Shown here in pieces: positions 19,098 to 29,247 of a DNA stretch of 64,000 nt. Positions within the stretch are counted from its first letter, which is position 1. Every line of letters starts with the position of its first letter. The notes under the pieces are model-generated. The model did no database searches. It had not been told where the DNA came from and saw only the letters and a program-made list of their open reading frames with translations. The DNA comes from an uncultured Anaerolineaceae bacterium (GTDB lineage: Bacteria > Chloroflexota > Anaerolineae > Anaerolineales > UBA4823), in contig CAYLPS010000001.1 in the NCBI GenBank assembly GCA_964385625.1, forward strand, positions 27,287 through 91,286, written 5' to 3'. A program made the position numbers and the translations under genes.

Positions 19098-20654
19098 ATG
19101 CCCCATCACCGGTTATTAAAGTTTTCACCCCTGTTATTGGTGCTGTTCATATCACTGTCGTGCAAGCAGCCCGTCCAGCCGCTTACCATCTCCACCACCA
19201 GCTACCCCACAGCCACCTCAACGGCTACCCCTCAACCAATTTCAAACACAACCCTCACTACTTATTTACCCGTGATCAGAAACCCTGATGACATCACCAT
19301 CGTCACCCCCACCCCAGATGCTGCGCGAGATTTACCAGAATTCCGCACAGAAGATGAGCAGTACACGGTTCAGGCAGGAGATTCCCTGGGCAGCATCGCA
19401 GCAAGATTTGGGATCACGGTCCAGATGATGGTCAATTCGAACGAGATCACCAACCCCGATTTGCTTGAGGTGGGCCAACAGCTGGTTGTTCCAGCCCCAA
19501 TCCCGGGTGAAGTCGGCTTTGGATTTAAGATCATCCCCGATTCCGAGCTGGTATATGGCCCTTATGCCCAAGGCTTCGATGTGAAAGGGTTTGTGAGCCT
19601 TTTTGACAGTTATCTGGGAAAGTATAGCGAGGATGTGGAAGGGCAAACTTTCACCGGGCCCGAGATTGTGCAGCTGGTGTCCCAGGATTATTCGGTGAAC
19701 CCGCGCATCCTGCTGGCCGTATTGGAATACCAGGGTGGTTGGGTCACTAAGGCAAATCCTGATCAAACAGCCCGAGACTTTCCCTTGGGAAACATGGATA
19801 AGTGGCGCAAGGGCCTATACTTGCAGCTATGCTGGGCAGCTGATAATCTCAACCGGGGATACTACCTTTGGAAGGTGAATGGCACAGGAGGCTGGCTTTT
19901 GAGCAATGGCGAGATCATCCCCATTGATCCCTCCATCAATGCCGGTACTGCCGCAGTTCAGCAACTATTTTCCCAGCTTTATACCCGCCCGGGATGGGAT
20001 CGCGCCGTCTCCGAAATGGGTGTTTTTACTACCTTCAGTAATTTCTTCGGCCATCCCTTCGACTATGATTTCTCTCCATTAATCCCGGCAGACCTTGCAC
20101 AGCCTGAGATGCAATTACCCTTCGAGCCGGGTATCGATTGGGCGTTCACCGGTGGACCCCACGGAGGTTGGGGAGATGGCTCTGCCTGGGCGGCGCTTGA
20201 TTTCGCTCCTGGGCGTGAAGGGCTGGGGTGTGTTCAAAGTGATGACTGGGTGGCAGCAGTGGCAGATGGGATGATCATCCGCTCTGACTACGGCAGGGTG
20301 GTCCAGGACCTCAATGGGGATGGCAATGAAGGCACCGGGTGGACGGTTCTGTACATGCATATCGAGGAGCGCGATAGGGTCGAAGCAGGGACATATCTGA
20401 AGGCTGGAGATCGTATCGGCCATCCTTCTTGCGTGGGTGGTTACTCTACGGGCACCCACTTTCACCTGGCAAGACGGTATAATGGGGAGTGGATTTCAGC
20501 CGACCAACCGCAAACCGCACATGGCATCCCATTCAACCTGGAAGGTTGGATTTCGAGTGGTGACGGAATACAATACGACGGGTATCTGACACGTGATGGC
20601 GAAACGATCGAAGCCTGGGAAGGTTTTTTCCCTGCCAACACAATCCACAGGTAA
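19098..20654 (+). CDS. LysM + M23 metallopeptidase lipoprotein (paralog 1)
   Basis: Lipobox FISLSC, LysM (YTVQAGDSLGSIAARFGI) and M23 motifs GGPHGGW...ALDFAP and TGTHFHLARRYNGEWI. The start at 19098 is supported by the RBS and promoter. Confidence 0.8.
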   Translation: MPHHRLLKFSPLLLVLFISLSCKQPVQPLTISTTSYPTATSTATPQPISNTTLTTYLPVIRNPDDITIVTPTPDAARDLPEFRTEDEQYTVQAGDSLGSIAARFGITVQMMVNSNEITNPDLLEVGQQLVVPAPIPGEVGFGFKIIPDSELVYGPYAQGFDVKGFVSLFDSYLGKYSEDVEGQTFTGPEIVQLVSQDYSVNPRILLAVLEYQGGWVTKANPDQTARDFPLGNMDKWRKGLYLQLCWAADNLNRGYYLWKVNGTGGWLLSNGEIIPIDPSINAGTAAVQQLFSQLYTRPGWDRAVSEMGVFTTFSNFFGHPFDYDFSPLIPADLAQPEMQLPFEPGIDWAFTGGPHGGWGDGSAWAALDFAPGREGLGCVQSDDWVAAVADGMIIRSDYGRVVQDLNGDGNEGTGWTVLYMHIEERDRVEAGTYLKAGDRIGHPSCVGGYSTGTHFHLARRYNGEWISADQPQTAHGIPFNLEGWISSGDGIQYDGYLTRDGETIEAWEGFFPANTIHR

Positions 20655-22233
20655 GCATCCCAAGACTTCTCCGTTTTTACGGATTGTGATCTGCATACTG
20701 GCCACGGCCTTCGTGAGCCTGTCTTGTGCCATCTCGGTCTTGGATCAATCAGCCCCCTTGTTTTCAGTGTCCTATAGCTCTGGGTCCAGTTCTCCTTACC
20801 CCTCCATCAGCTTCCCGACCAGCCAGGCCAAGCCGGTGCAGACCGAGGAGCCCTCTCGGGTTGAAGCCCAGGGCAACCTGGTGGAGCTATCCACGCCTGA
20901 GCCAGTCTCGATCGATACAGCCCCATTGCTTTATTACACCCAGGCCGGTGACACACTCCCGGTGATTGCCACACGATTTGGTGTAGAAACAGGTGATATC
21001 AGCTCACCTAATGGCTCTGTTCTAACAACAGGTTTGTTAACGCCCAATACATTATTGGTGATCCCGCATGTGCTGGTGAATACCACCAGCGCCGTGAAAA
21101 TCATCCCGGATAGTGAGCTGGTATATTCCCCCTCGGCAGTGGACTTTGATACAGAAGCTTTTGTTAACCAGGCAGGAGGATACCTGAGCCAGTACCAGGA
21201 GTGGTTGGGATCCACCGAATGGACTTCCGGAGCAGCGGTCGTCGAGCGCATTGCCACGGAAAATTCGATCAACCCGAGATTGTTGTTAGCCCTGATTGAA
21301 TATGAGAGTGGCTGGGTGTATGGCCAGCCATCCAATCCCAAGCAGGAGGATTACCCGCTGGGAAAGGTGGATCTGTCATTGAAAGGGTTATACTCACAGC
21401 TCGCCTGGGTGGTAAACCAGTTATCCATTGGCTATTATGGCTGGCGCGAAGGCTGGGTGACCGAGATTCACTTTTCAGATAATATTTCAGCCAGGTTGGC
21501 ACCGGATTTAAACAGCGGTACGGTCGCCTTGCAATATTACCTGGCACAGATTACAGATACACCCGGTTGGTTGGGCGCATTGGATACCAATACCGGCATT
21601 CCTGCGCTGTATGAGCGCATGTTTGGGAGCCCCTGGACCAGGGCGATGGATTATGAACCTCTTTACCCACCGAATTTAAGCCAGCCAGAGCTGATTTTGC
21701 CATTTCTCATTGGTCAGTTATGGAGTTATACCGGTGGGCCACATGGCGCCTGGGAACGCGATGGTGCCCGGGCTGCCATTGATTTTGCCCCTGGCAGCAC
21801 AGAATCAGGCTGTGTTGAATCCGAGGCTTGGGTGGTGGCTTCGGCACCCGGACTGATTGTCAGGGAAGGTAATGGTGCCGTAGTCGAAGATCTGGATGGA
21901 GACGGCAACGAGCAAACGGGTTGGAATCTTCTGTATATGCACCTCACCGGCGTGAAGGTCGGTGTGGGTGATTGGGTTGAAACCAGTGATTTATTAGGCC
22001 ATCCCTCTTGTGAAGGTGGCATCGCCACCGGCACGCATGTGCATATCGCCCGAAAATACAATGGAGAATGGATTTCTGCGGATGGACCGCTGCCTTTGGT
22101 CTTGAGTGGCTGGACTGTGCACGCTGGTAACGTGCCGTACGAGGGGACGATGACGAAAGGGGATCAAACCATTAATGCCAGCATATATGGGGCGGGTGAA
22201 TCACTCATCTGCCGGAGCACGGAGGATCCCTAA
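20593..22233 (+). CDS. LysM + M23 metallopeptidase lipoprotein (paralog 2)
   Basis: Lipobox FVSLSC, LysM (YTQAGDTLPVIATRFGV) and M23 motifs GGPHGAW...AIDFAP and TGTHVHIARKYNGEWI. The start is uncertain: ATG at 20593 overlaps paralog 1 by 62 nt, and GTG at 20686 is the alternative. Confidence 0.75.
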   Translation: MMAKRSKPGKVFSLPTQSTGKHPKTSPFLRIVICILATAFVSLSCAISVLDQSAPLFSVSYSSGSSSPYPSISFPTSQAKPVQTEEPSRVEAQGNLVELSTPEPVSIDTAPLLYYTQAGDTLPVIATRFGVETGDISSPNGSVLTTGLLTPNTLLVIPHVLVNTTSAVKIIPDSELVYSPSAVDFDTEAFVNQAGGYLSQYQEWLGSTEWTSGAAVVERIATENSINPRLLLALIEYESGWVYGQPSNPKQEDYPLGKVDLSLKGLYSQLAWVVNQLSIGYYGWREGWVTEIHFSDNISARLAPDLNSGTVALQYYLAQITDTPGWLGALDTNTGIPALYERMFGSPWTRAMDYEPLYPPNLSQPELILPFLIGQLWSYTGGPHGAWERDGARAAIDFAPGSTESGCVESEAWVVASAPGLIVREGNGAVVEDLDGDGNEQTGWNLLYMHLTGVKVGVGDWVETSDLLGHPSCEGGIATGTHVHIARKYNGEWISADGPLPLVLSGWTVHAGNVPYEGTMTKGDQTINASIYGAGESLICRSTEDP

Positions 22234-22252
22234 GTTTTAAAGCTAAACCTGA

Positions 22253-23779
22253 ATGCAACATAAGTATATGAGGTATTATTATCGAATGGGTGTAGTGCAA
22301 AAAAGCGCCTTACTGCTGGCGATAGTTTCGCTGTCGCTCGGTGGTTGTAGCGTCACATCAGCACCTGATTCACCTTCTAATTCTTCTCAAATAACTTTTC
22401 AATCCGCCACACAGGCCATCATCAATCAACCCAGCATCACCACCACTCCGCTGCCTGCTCGTCCGGCATACGCACCCGGAGAACTGGTGGATTATACTGC
22501 CCAGAGTGGTGACACATTGCCCGCTTTAGCAGCCAGGTTTAATACCACAATAGATGAAATATTGGCTGCCAACACTTTTATTCCCCGTGATGCTTCCACC
22601 ATGCCTCCGGGAATGCCGATGAAAATCCCCATCTATTACCAGCCATTTTGGGGCTCCCAATATCAAATCCTGCCAGACAGTCTGTTTGTCACTGGCCCGG
22701 CGCAGGTTGGCTTTGATACCTCTGCATTTGTTTCCCATTACACCGGTTGGCTGAATGGGTATATCGAATATGCTTTCGATGGCAACCGCACGGGAGCACA
22801 GATCATTGATTATGTGGCAATGAACTACAGCGTCAGCCCGAAGCTGCTGCTGGCCTTGCTGGAATACCAGGTCAGCGCCCTTAGCATAGCTTCTCAACCG
22901 GAAGAATCACGCCAATATCCCCTGGGCTACCATGATTGGCAGCATGAGGGGCTTTATATGCAGCTGGTTTGGGCGGCTAATTTACTGAATAATGCCTACT
23001 ACAGCTATAAAAATGGGGCGCTGGTTGAATTTGACCATTTGGATGGCAGGCAGGAGCGGCCTGATCCCTGGCAAAATGCCGCCTCGGTTGCCATACAATA
23101 CTACTTTTCCCGCTTGGTGGATGATGACCAGTATGCAAGGGCCGTGGCGCAGGATGGCTTTGCGCAATCCTACCGCAACCTGTTTGGCGACCCGTGGCAA
23201 TCACCCGACTCACATATCCCGGGCAGCCTCGTTCAACCGGAATTTACGTTGCCATTTCTGCCGGGCTTAACCTGGGCCTATACCGGTGGGCCTCATACGG
23301 GTTTTGGGGAGGGTGAGCCCCTGGCAGCCATCGATTTTGCCCCTGGTTCGATAGCCAGCGGTTGTGTGCCTGCCGATGTCTTTGTCACGGCGGTGGCATC
23401 CGGTGTGGTGGCACGCTCCGATCTGGCGACAGTGGTGCTTGACCTGGACGGGGACGGTGATGAGCGCACAGGCTGGGTGGTTTTTTATTTTCATATTGCC
23501 ACACAAGATCGCGCCCCTGTGGGCAAGGCTCTGAAAGCCGGTGATCCGCTCGGGCACCCTTCCTGTGAGGGTGGCGAAGCTACCGGCACACACGTTCATA
23601 TTGCGCGCAAGTATAATGGGGAGTGGATCCCTGCGGGTGGGATAATCCCATTTACTTTGGATGGTTGGATGGCGCACCAGGGTTCCAAGGCATATGAGGG
23701 CACCCTTACTAAAGGTGGAAGGACAATCATTGCCTGTACTTGTTCGGACGCTGCCAGCCAGATCAATGCCAGTAAGTGA
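22253..23779 (+). CDS. LysM + M23 metallopeptidase lipoprotein (paralog 3)
   Basis: Lipobox SLSLGGCS, LysM (YTAQSGDTLPALAARFNT) and M23 motifs GGPHTGF...AIDFAP and TGTHVHIARKYNGEWI. Confidence 0.8.
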   Translation: MQHKYMRYYYRMGVVQKSALLLAIVSLSLGGCSVTSAPDSPSNSSQITFQSATQAIINQPSITTTPLPARPAYAPGELVDYTAQSGDTLPALAARFNTTIDEILAANTFIPRDASTMPPGMPMKIPIYYQPFWGSQYQILPDSLFVTGPAQVGFDTSAFVSHYTGWLNGYIEYAFDGNRTGAQIIDYVAMNYSVSPKLLLALLEYQVSALSIASQPEESRQYPLGYHDWQHEGLYMQLVWAANLLNNAYYSYKNGALVEFDHLDGRQERPDPWQNAASVAIQYYFSRLVDDDQYARAVAQDGFAQSYRNLFGDPWQSPDSHIPGSLVQPEFTLPFLPGLTWAYTGGPHTGFGEGEPLAAIDFAPGSIASGCVPADVFVTAVASGVVARSDLATVVLDLDGDGDERTGWVVFYFHIATQDRAPVGKALKAGDPLGHPSCEGGEATGTHVHIARKYNGEWIPAGGIIPFTLDGWMAHQGSKAYEGTLTKGGRTIIACTCSDAASQINASK

Positions 23780-23844
23780 GTGTTGATGAAGGGCGTGGAA
23801 ATTACAATTAATATCTAGATGTTATACCTGCCTGCAGGAATATC

Positions 23845-24873
23845 ATGGCTAACGAAGCGATTTCCTCATTGAGATATATTATCGCAGGCCAACTGAGGCG
23901 TGATTTTGCGCTGCTCCCCGATGGCAGGGCATTGGTCAATGTCCCAGGCGGCAACCTGGGATATGCCGCTGCCGGCCTGGCCGTCTGGCAGCCCGCCAGT
24001 CTGGTTGGGCTTGTGGCCCGCGTGGGAGAGGACTATCCCCAGGAGTGGCTGGCGGAGTTCCATAAGCGTGGATTCGATATTCAGGGAATTCGCATCTTGC
24101 CTGAGGCTATCGACCTTCGCTCCTTCTATGCTTATTCCGATCCTTATACCCGTTGGACTGAAGATCCGGCAGCGCATTTCACCCGGTTTAAACAACCTTT
24201 TCCCAAGGCCCTGCTCAACTATTCGCCTGGTAATACAGATTATGACAGTCGCTCACGCCTGACCTCCACCTCACTGCGCCAATCAGATATTCCTGCAGAT
24301 TATCTGGATGCGACGGCTGCCCACCTTTGCCCGATCGATTATCTCTCCCATACCCTGCTGCCCGCGGTGCTTCGCCAGGGAGGTTTTACCACCGTCACGC
24401 TTGATCCGGCTGTGGGGACCATGTCCCCATCATTTTGGGACGATATTCCGGCATTGGTCACCGGGTTGACAGCCTTTATGCCGAATGAAGAAGAGATGCG
24501 CACCCTTTTCCATAGCCGAAGCACCGACCTGTGGCAAATGATGGAGGCCATTGCAAATTACGGTTGCGAGATTGTGGTGGTGAAGCGCGGAGAGCAAGGT
24601 CAATGGTTATATGATCCTGCAACCCACACCCATTGGGAAATTCCAGCCTACCCATCGCGTGTTATTGACCCAACCGGGGCCGGTGATGCGTATTGCAGCG
24701 GTTTTTTGGCGGGCTATCGCCAGAGTTATGATCCGGTGCAGGCAGCCCTGCATGGCAGTGTATCCGCCTCTCTCACGATAGAAGGGAGTGGCATTTTTTA
24801 TGCTTTAGATGCCTTACCCGGGTTGGCACTGGCAAGGTTAAATGCACTCAAAGATGGGGTTCGAAAGGGATGA
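23845..24873 (+). CDS. PfkB-family carbohydrate/nucleoside kinase
   Basis: C-terminal PfkB signature DPTGAGDAYCSGF and a ribokinase-like fold length of 342 aa. Confidence 0.7.
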   Translation: MANEAISSLRYIIAGQLRRDFALLPDGRALVNVPGGNLGYAAAGLAVWQPASLVGLVARVGEDYPQEWLAEFHKRGFDIQGIRILPEAIDLRSFYAYSDPYTRWTEDPAAHFTRFKQPFPKALLNYSPGNTDYDSRSRLTSTSLRQSDIPADYLDATAAHLCPIDYLSHTLLPAVLRQGGFTTVTLDPAVGTMSPSFWDDIPALVTGLTAFMPNEEEMRTLFHSRSTDLWQMMEAIANYGCEIVVVKRGEQGQWLYDPATHTHWEIPAYPSRVIDPTGAGDAYCSGFLAGYRQSYDPVQAALHGSVSASLTIEGSGIFYALDALPGLALARLNALKDGVRKG

Positions 24874-24880
24874 GAATCTG

Positions 24881-26023
24881 ATGGATCCATCGCTCAGTAC
24901 GCGTCTCTTGGAAATGGCGGTACAAATCCAACAAATACCTGCGCCAACCTTCATGGAGGCACAAAGGGCAAATTTCATCAAACGGAAATTCCAGCACATT
25001 GGAATGCAAGATGTGTGGATGGATGAGACTGGGAATGTATATGGGCGCGTATCAGGACGGGGTACGCACCCCCCCATCGTGGTCTCCGCCCATTTAGACA
25101 CTGTATTTTCACAGACTGCCGATCTCAACATCGTCATTGCACCAGATAAAATTATTGGTCCTGGTATTGCGGATGATTCATTGGGCCTGGCGGCGTTGTT
25201 CGGGTTATATTGGGCTTTTACCGAAAAGCAGGGCCTTCCAGGCGTGGCTGGTTCATTGGAGAGGGATCTTTGGCTGGTTGCTGATGTGGCTGAAGAAGGA
25301 CTTGGAGATTTACGCGGGATGAAGGCAGTGGTCGACCACTTTGGAAGGAAAGCTTTGGCGTATATTATTCTTGAAGGGATGACTCTCGGGCAAATCTACC
25401 ATCGTGGGCTGGGTGTCCGGCGCTATCGCATCAGCGTGGACACCGCTGGCGGGCATTCGTGGGTCGATTTTGGCAAACCTTCTGCCATCCATATATTGGC
25501 AGATCTGGTGGTGAAAATCAACAAGATACCTTCGTCAATAAAATCGCGCAGCAGCATCAATGTCGGCATGATCAGTGGAGGCACATCGGTGAACACCATT
25601 GCTCCCCATGCTCATTGTGAGCTTGACATTCGCTCCGAGGGTTTTCAGGCACTCGCTGCCCTGATACAACGCGTGGAGGCGCTGGTGATGGAGGCTGATC
25701 AAAAAAGTGGTGAGGCTGTGAAGGTGGTATTCGAAGTGATCGGAGACCGCCCTTATGGTGAAATATCTGCCTCGCATCCATTGGTACACCTGGCCAGAAA
25801 ATGCTACTCGCGATGGGGGATTGAAACGCAATTGGGCATCGGCTCTACTGATGCCAATGTGCCTCTCAGCCGTGGCCTTCCAGCCATCTGTGTTGGATTG
25901 ACTACCGGAAGAGGAGCGCACACCGCGGATGAATATATATTCACGCAACCATTGCGGGTGGGGTTTGCTGTGTTGGTTGATCTGATACAGGCGCTCGATC
26001 AAAAAGGAATTAATCTTAGCTGA
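24881..26023 (+). CDS. M20-family metallopeptidase/deacylase (ArgE/DapE/ACY1-like)
   Basis: Motifs VVSAHLDTV, IGPGIADDSLG and AEEGLGDLRG. The ATG at 24881 avoids overlap with the upstream stop at 24873. Confidence 0.7.
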   Translation: MDPSLSTRLLEMAVQIQQIPAPTFMEAQRANFIKRKFQHIGMQDVWMDETGNVYGRVSGRGTHPPIVVSAHLDTVFSQTADLNIVIAPDKIIGPGIADDSLGLAALFGLYWAFTEKQGLPGVAGSLERDLWLVADVAEEGLGDLRGMKAVVDHFGRKALAYIILEGMTLGQIYHRGLGVRRYRISVDTAGGHSWVDFGKPSAIHILADLVVKINKIPSSIKSRSSINVGMISGGTSVNTIAPHAHCELDIRSEGFQALAALIQRVEALVMEADQKSGEAVKVVFEVIGDRPYGEISASHPLVHLARKCYSRWGIETQLGIGSTDANVPLSRGLPAICVGLTTGRGAHTADEYIFTQPLRVGFAVLVDLIQALDQKGINLS

Positions 26024-26035
26024 AAAAGGTCATTT

Positions 26036-28147
26036 TTAAACCAGGCGTATGCGGACGTCCAATGCGGCAGTACCTTGTGAGTGGGTAAAAACCCTCAGGG
26101 GGTTAATTTCGATCTCTGACAACTGCGGGAAGTCAGCTGAAAGCTGGCCAAGCCGTATCAGAGCCTCGATTACTGCCCGCCTGTCTGCTGGAGGCAGGTT
26201 ACGGTAGCCGCGCAAGCGGCGCCCTGCCCAGGTATTTTCCAGCATCCACTCTGCATCTTGAGTGGTCAGGGGCGCCAGGGAGAAAGCCACGTCTTTTAAT
26301 CCTTCAACTTCCACACCCCCTGAACCAAACATCACCAGGGCGCCAAATTGTGCATCCTGGATGGCGCCCATGATAACCTCCTGGCCAGCAGGCAGCATGT
26401 GCTGCAGATAAGCGCCATTGATTGTTGCTTGTGGAAACGCTGTCCTGGCATTCGAGATAATGTTCGAAAACCCGGTTGTTATTGCTTCAGCATCGACCAG
26501 GTTAAGCATGACCCCTCCTACGTCGGATTTATGAATGATATCGGGAGAGGCAATTTTCATCACCAACGGGTATCCCAGTTGTTGGGCCGCATCCACCGCT
26601 TCTTCTGCCGATTTAACCAGCCGCATGGGGGTCAGTGGAAGCTGGTATGCCCTGAAGATTGTTTCGATTTCAGGTGCATCCAGGTAGCCGGGAGATTGTT
26701 TGCACCTATCCAGCAGTTTTTGCACGGCTGTTTTATCCACCTCAGTCATGACAGGCTGGGGCTCGTGTTCTTTATGAAGGTATTCAGCCTGTTGAGCAAG
26801 CACGGCAAGGGCAGAGGCAGCTCTTTCAGGAAAGCGGTATTCGGGGATGCGCGCCGCGCGGAAGTGCTCTACTGCTTCTTGGATCAAGCGCTCTCCCATC
26901 AAAGCAATGGTGACGGGTTTGTCAGCGCTCTGGATTACCGGGATCATCGACTTGGCAACCGCGCCGGTGGTATGCATGGGTGGCGGAGGTGTGACCACCA
27001 AGACGCCATGCACCCCGGGGTCTGCTAACAAAACCTGCAGGCAGCCTGCAAATTGGTCTGGTGTGGCTGAAGCTAGCATATCCACCGGGTTATTCAAGCT
27101 GGCCGCCGGCGGCAATTGTCGGGCTAGTTTTAATTTGGTTTCACCAGACAAGACAGCCAGAGACATGCCATTCATTTCTAATGCATCAGCCGCGGTAACT
27201 CCCGGCCCTCCCGCGCTGGTCAGCACGGCGATAGCCCGTCCCTTGGGCAGCGGGCACCAGGCCAGGGCGCGTGCCCAATCGAACAGCTCCTCGCTCGTAT
27301 CGGCGCGGATCACCCCTGCCCTGCGGAAAGCGGCATTAAAGGCGTGCTCCTGGCCGGCAAGAGCTCCCGTGTGGGAGGCAGCAGCCCGCTGTCCGCTTGG
27401 ATAGCGCCCCACTTTTAGCGCCACAATGGGTTTCTTGCGCGTAATTTCGCGGGCGGCTTGCACGAATTTCGGCCCATCACTAACCCCTTCCAGATACAGG
27501 GTCAGGACACGTGTGAAATGGTCCTCAGCCACCGGGGCAAGCACGTCGGTCTCATTAACATCTGCCTGGTTACCCAGGCTCACCAATCTTGATAGGCCGA
27601 AGCCCTGGCCTCGAGCCCAATCGATCACTGCAGCACAAATGGCGCCCGAGTGAGAGATAAAAGCCACATCGCCGGGTGGCGGGCCTGGAGGCGGAAGGAA
27701 AGTTGCATCTAGAGGCAGGTGTGTATCGAGCAGACCGATACAATTCGGACCGATCATGCGGATATTATGTTGCCTGGCAATTTTCAGCAGCGCTTCTTCC
27801 AATCTGGCACCCAGCTCGCCGGTCTCACGAAAGCCGCCGGACGAAACGATCACCGCCTGGATACCCCGTTGGGCACATTCCTTCACCACCTTCGCTACCC
27901 CTTCGGCAGGGATCAGTATTACGGCCATATCCACCGGATCTGGCAGCTCCAGCACCGATGGGTACATCAGCCGTCCTAGCAAGCTGCCGCCCTTCGGGTT
28001 GACAAAGTGAATCACCCCCTGGTAATTGCATTGCACCAGGTTGCGCGCCAGGCCGTACCCCAGCTTATTTGGGTCGGTGGAGGCGCCTACAACCGCGATG
28101 CCGCGGGGGCAGAAGAATGGATCGATGGAATGATTCGTTATAGACAT
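26036..28147 (-). CDS. ADP-forming acetyl-CoA synthetase (fused alpha/beta, NDP-forming acyl-CoA synthetase family)
   Basis: N-terminal CoA-binding motif GIAVVGAS, a succinyl-CoA-synthetase-like phosphohistidine region (FISHSGA) and a C-terminal ATP-grasp domain; 703 aa. Confidence 0.8.
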   Translation of the reverse strand: MSITNHSIDPFFCPRGIAVVGASTDPNKLGYGLARNLVQCNYQGVIHFVNPKGGSLLGRLMYPSVLELPDPVDMAVILIPAEGVAKVVKECAQRGIQAVIVSSGGFRETGELGARLEEALLKIARQHNIRMIGPNCIGLLDTHLPLDATFLPPPGPPPGDVAFISHSGAICAAVIDWARGQGFGLSRLVSLGNQADVNETDVLAPVAEDHFTRVLTLYLEGVSDGPKFVQAAREITRKKPIVALKVGRYPSGQRAAASHTGALAGQEHAFNAAFRRAGVIRADTSEELFDWARALAWCPLPKGRAIAVLTSAGGPGVTAADALEMNGMSLAVLSGETKLKLARQLPPAASLNNPVDMLASATPDQFAGCLQVLLADPGVHGVLVVTPPPPMHTTGAVAKSMIPVIQSADKPVTIALMGERLIQEAVEHFRAARIPEYRFPERAASALAVLAQQAEYLHKEHEPQPVMTEVDKTAVQKLLDRCKQSPGYLDAPEIETIFRAYQLPLTPMRLVKSAEEAVDAAQQLGYPLVMKIASPDIIHKSDVGGVMLNLVDAEAITTGFSNIISNARTAFPQATINGAYLQHMLPAGQEVIMGAIQDAQFGALVMFGSGGVEVEGLKDVAFSLAPLTTQDAEWMLENTWAGRRLRGYRNLPPADRRAVIEALIRLGQLSADFPQLSEIEINPLRVFTHSQGTAALDVRIRLV

Positions 28148-28554
28148 AATGAGTTTTGTTTACTGGTTACTCCTGGAATATACGGCTATTAGATTTTACT
28201 GAAGGAGCCAGTTCCTTTGGCTGCCAGTGATTGATTATCGGTGATGAATGTTGAGAGTGATTTATCACATTACGTGTCCACGGAATTTTGTGCAGGGATG
28301 ATTATTCGCGGTTGCTCTTAAGATGATCTCCAACACGGATAATTTTACCTGTTAATATTTAGAATGTTGCAATTATTGATAAATAGATAATGACAAGCAA
28401 ATTGATAAACACCTAAGATGCATCATATTAATGCCCTGGCCATCATGATTACAATGGATAAAAATAATCGAGTATACTTGATAGACTTTTAGTGATGTAG
28501 CTATTTTGCGATAGATAAGCTTGCAACGATATAAATCAGGATGCATCTAAAACA

Positions 28555-29247
28555 ATGAACGGTGATGAAAACAAGGTTGAAGCCGAAGGATTTTCGTTAG
28601 AAGCATTACAGGCAGGTGATCCGGTAGAATTTGCTCATTTGGTGGATGCCTACTCAAGCAAAATTTATCACCTTGCCGTTAAGATGCTCAACCATCAACA
28701 GGATGCTGAAGATGTATTGCAGGAGACCTTTCTAAAAGCATATCGCGGTTTGAAATCGTTCGATGGCCGTTCAAAGATCTCGACCTGGCTGTTCAGGATT
28801 GCCACCAATGAAGCCTTGATGGTGATCCGTAGAAAACACCCAGAGACAGTATCGATCGATGAGCCTGTTGAGACAGAAGAAGGAGAGCAGGATCCCGTAC
28901 AAATCGTGGATTGGTGTTGTTTACCAGAAGAGGAATTACTGTCGGAAGAATCCAAAGAAAAGCTGGATGCTGCAGTTCAAAAGCTCCCTGAGAGGCTGCG
29001 CCTGGTGTTTATCCTAAGGGATGTCAATGATCTATCAACCCATGAAACCGCCGATATTCTCGGATTGACTGATACAGCGGTAAAAACCAGGTTATCACGC
29101 GCACGCTTACGGTTACGAGAAGAATTATCCACTTACTTTGGTGAACGAAAGTATGAACTTGAGAAGGGTCAGTTTACCGAGCCATCGGATACCACTCAAA
29201 AAAGTCTTGAGAGCCGGGTGTTAAAACCCGGAAAAGAGAGTAAATGA
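28555..29247 (+). CDS. ECF-type RNA polymerase sigma factor
   Basis: Region 2 reads DAEDVLQETFLKAYRGL and WLFRIATNEALMVIRRK. Region 4 reads STHETADILGLTDTAVKTRLSRARLRLRE. Confidence 0.85.
   Translation: MNGDENKVEAEGFSLEALQAGDPVEFAHLVDAYSSKIYHLAVKMLNHQQDAEDVLQETFLKAYRGLKSFDGRSKISTWLFRIATNEALMVIRRKHPETVSIDEPVETEEGEQDPVQIVDWCCLPEEELLSEESKEKLDAAVQKLPERLRLVFILRDVNDLSTHETADILGLTDTAVKTRLSRARLRLREELSTYFGERKYELEKGQFTEPSDTTQKSLESRVLKPGKESK

Noticed and set aside
20593-20654. The 62-nt overlap between LysM-M23 paralogs 1 and 2 as evidence of a frameshifted pseudogene or programmed frameshift.
   Set aside because: Both ORFs are full length with intact lipobox, LysM and M23 motifs. An alternative GTG start at 20686 removes the overlap, and I saw no slippery sequence.
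28282-28313. A SigR/SigH-type promoter (GGAAT-N18-GTT) upstream of the ZAS sigma/anti-sigma pair.
   Set aside because: GGAAT occurs at 28282-28286, but the next GTT is 24 nt away rather than 18. The site is also about 270 nt from the gene, so this is not a convincing match.
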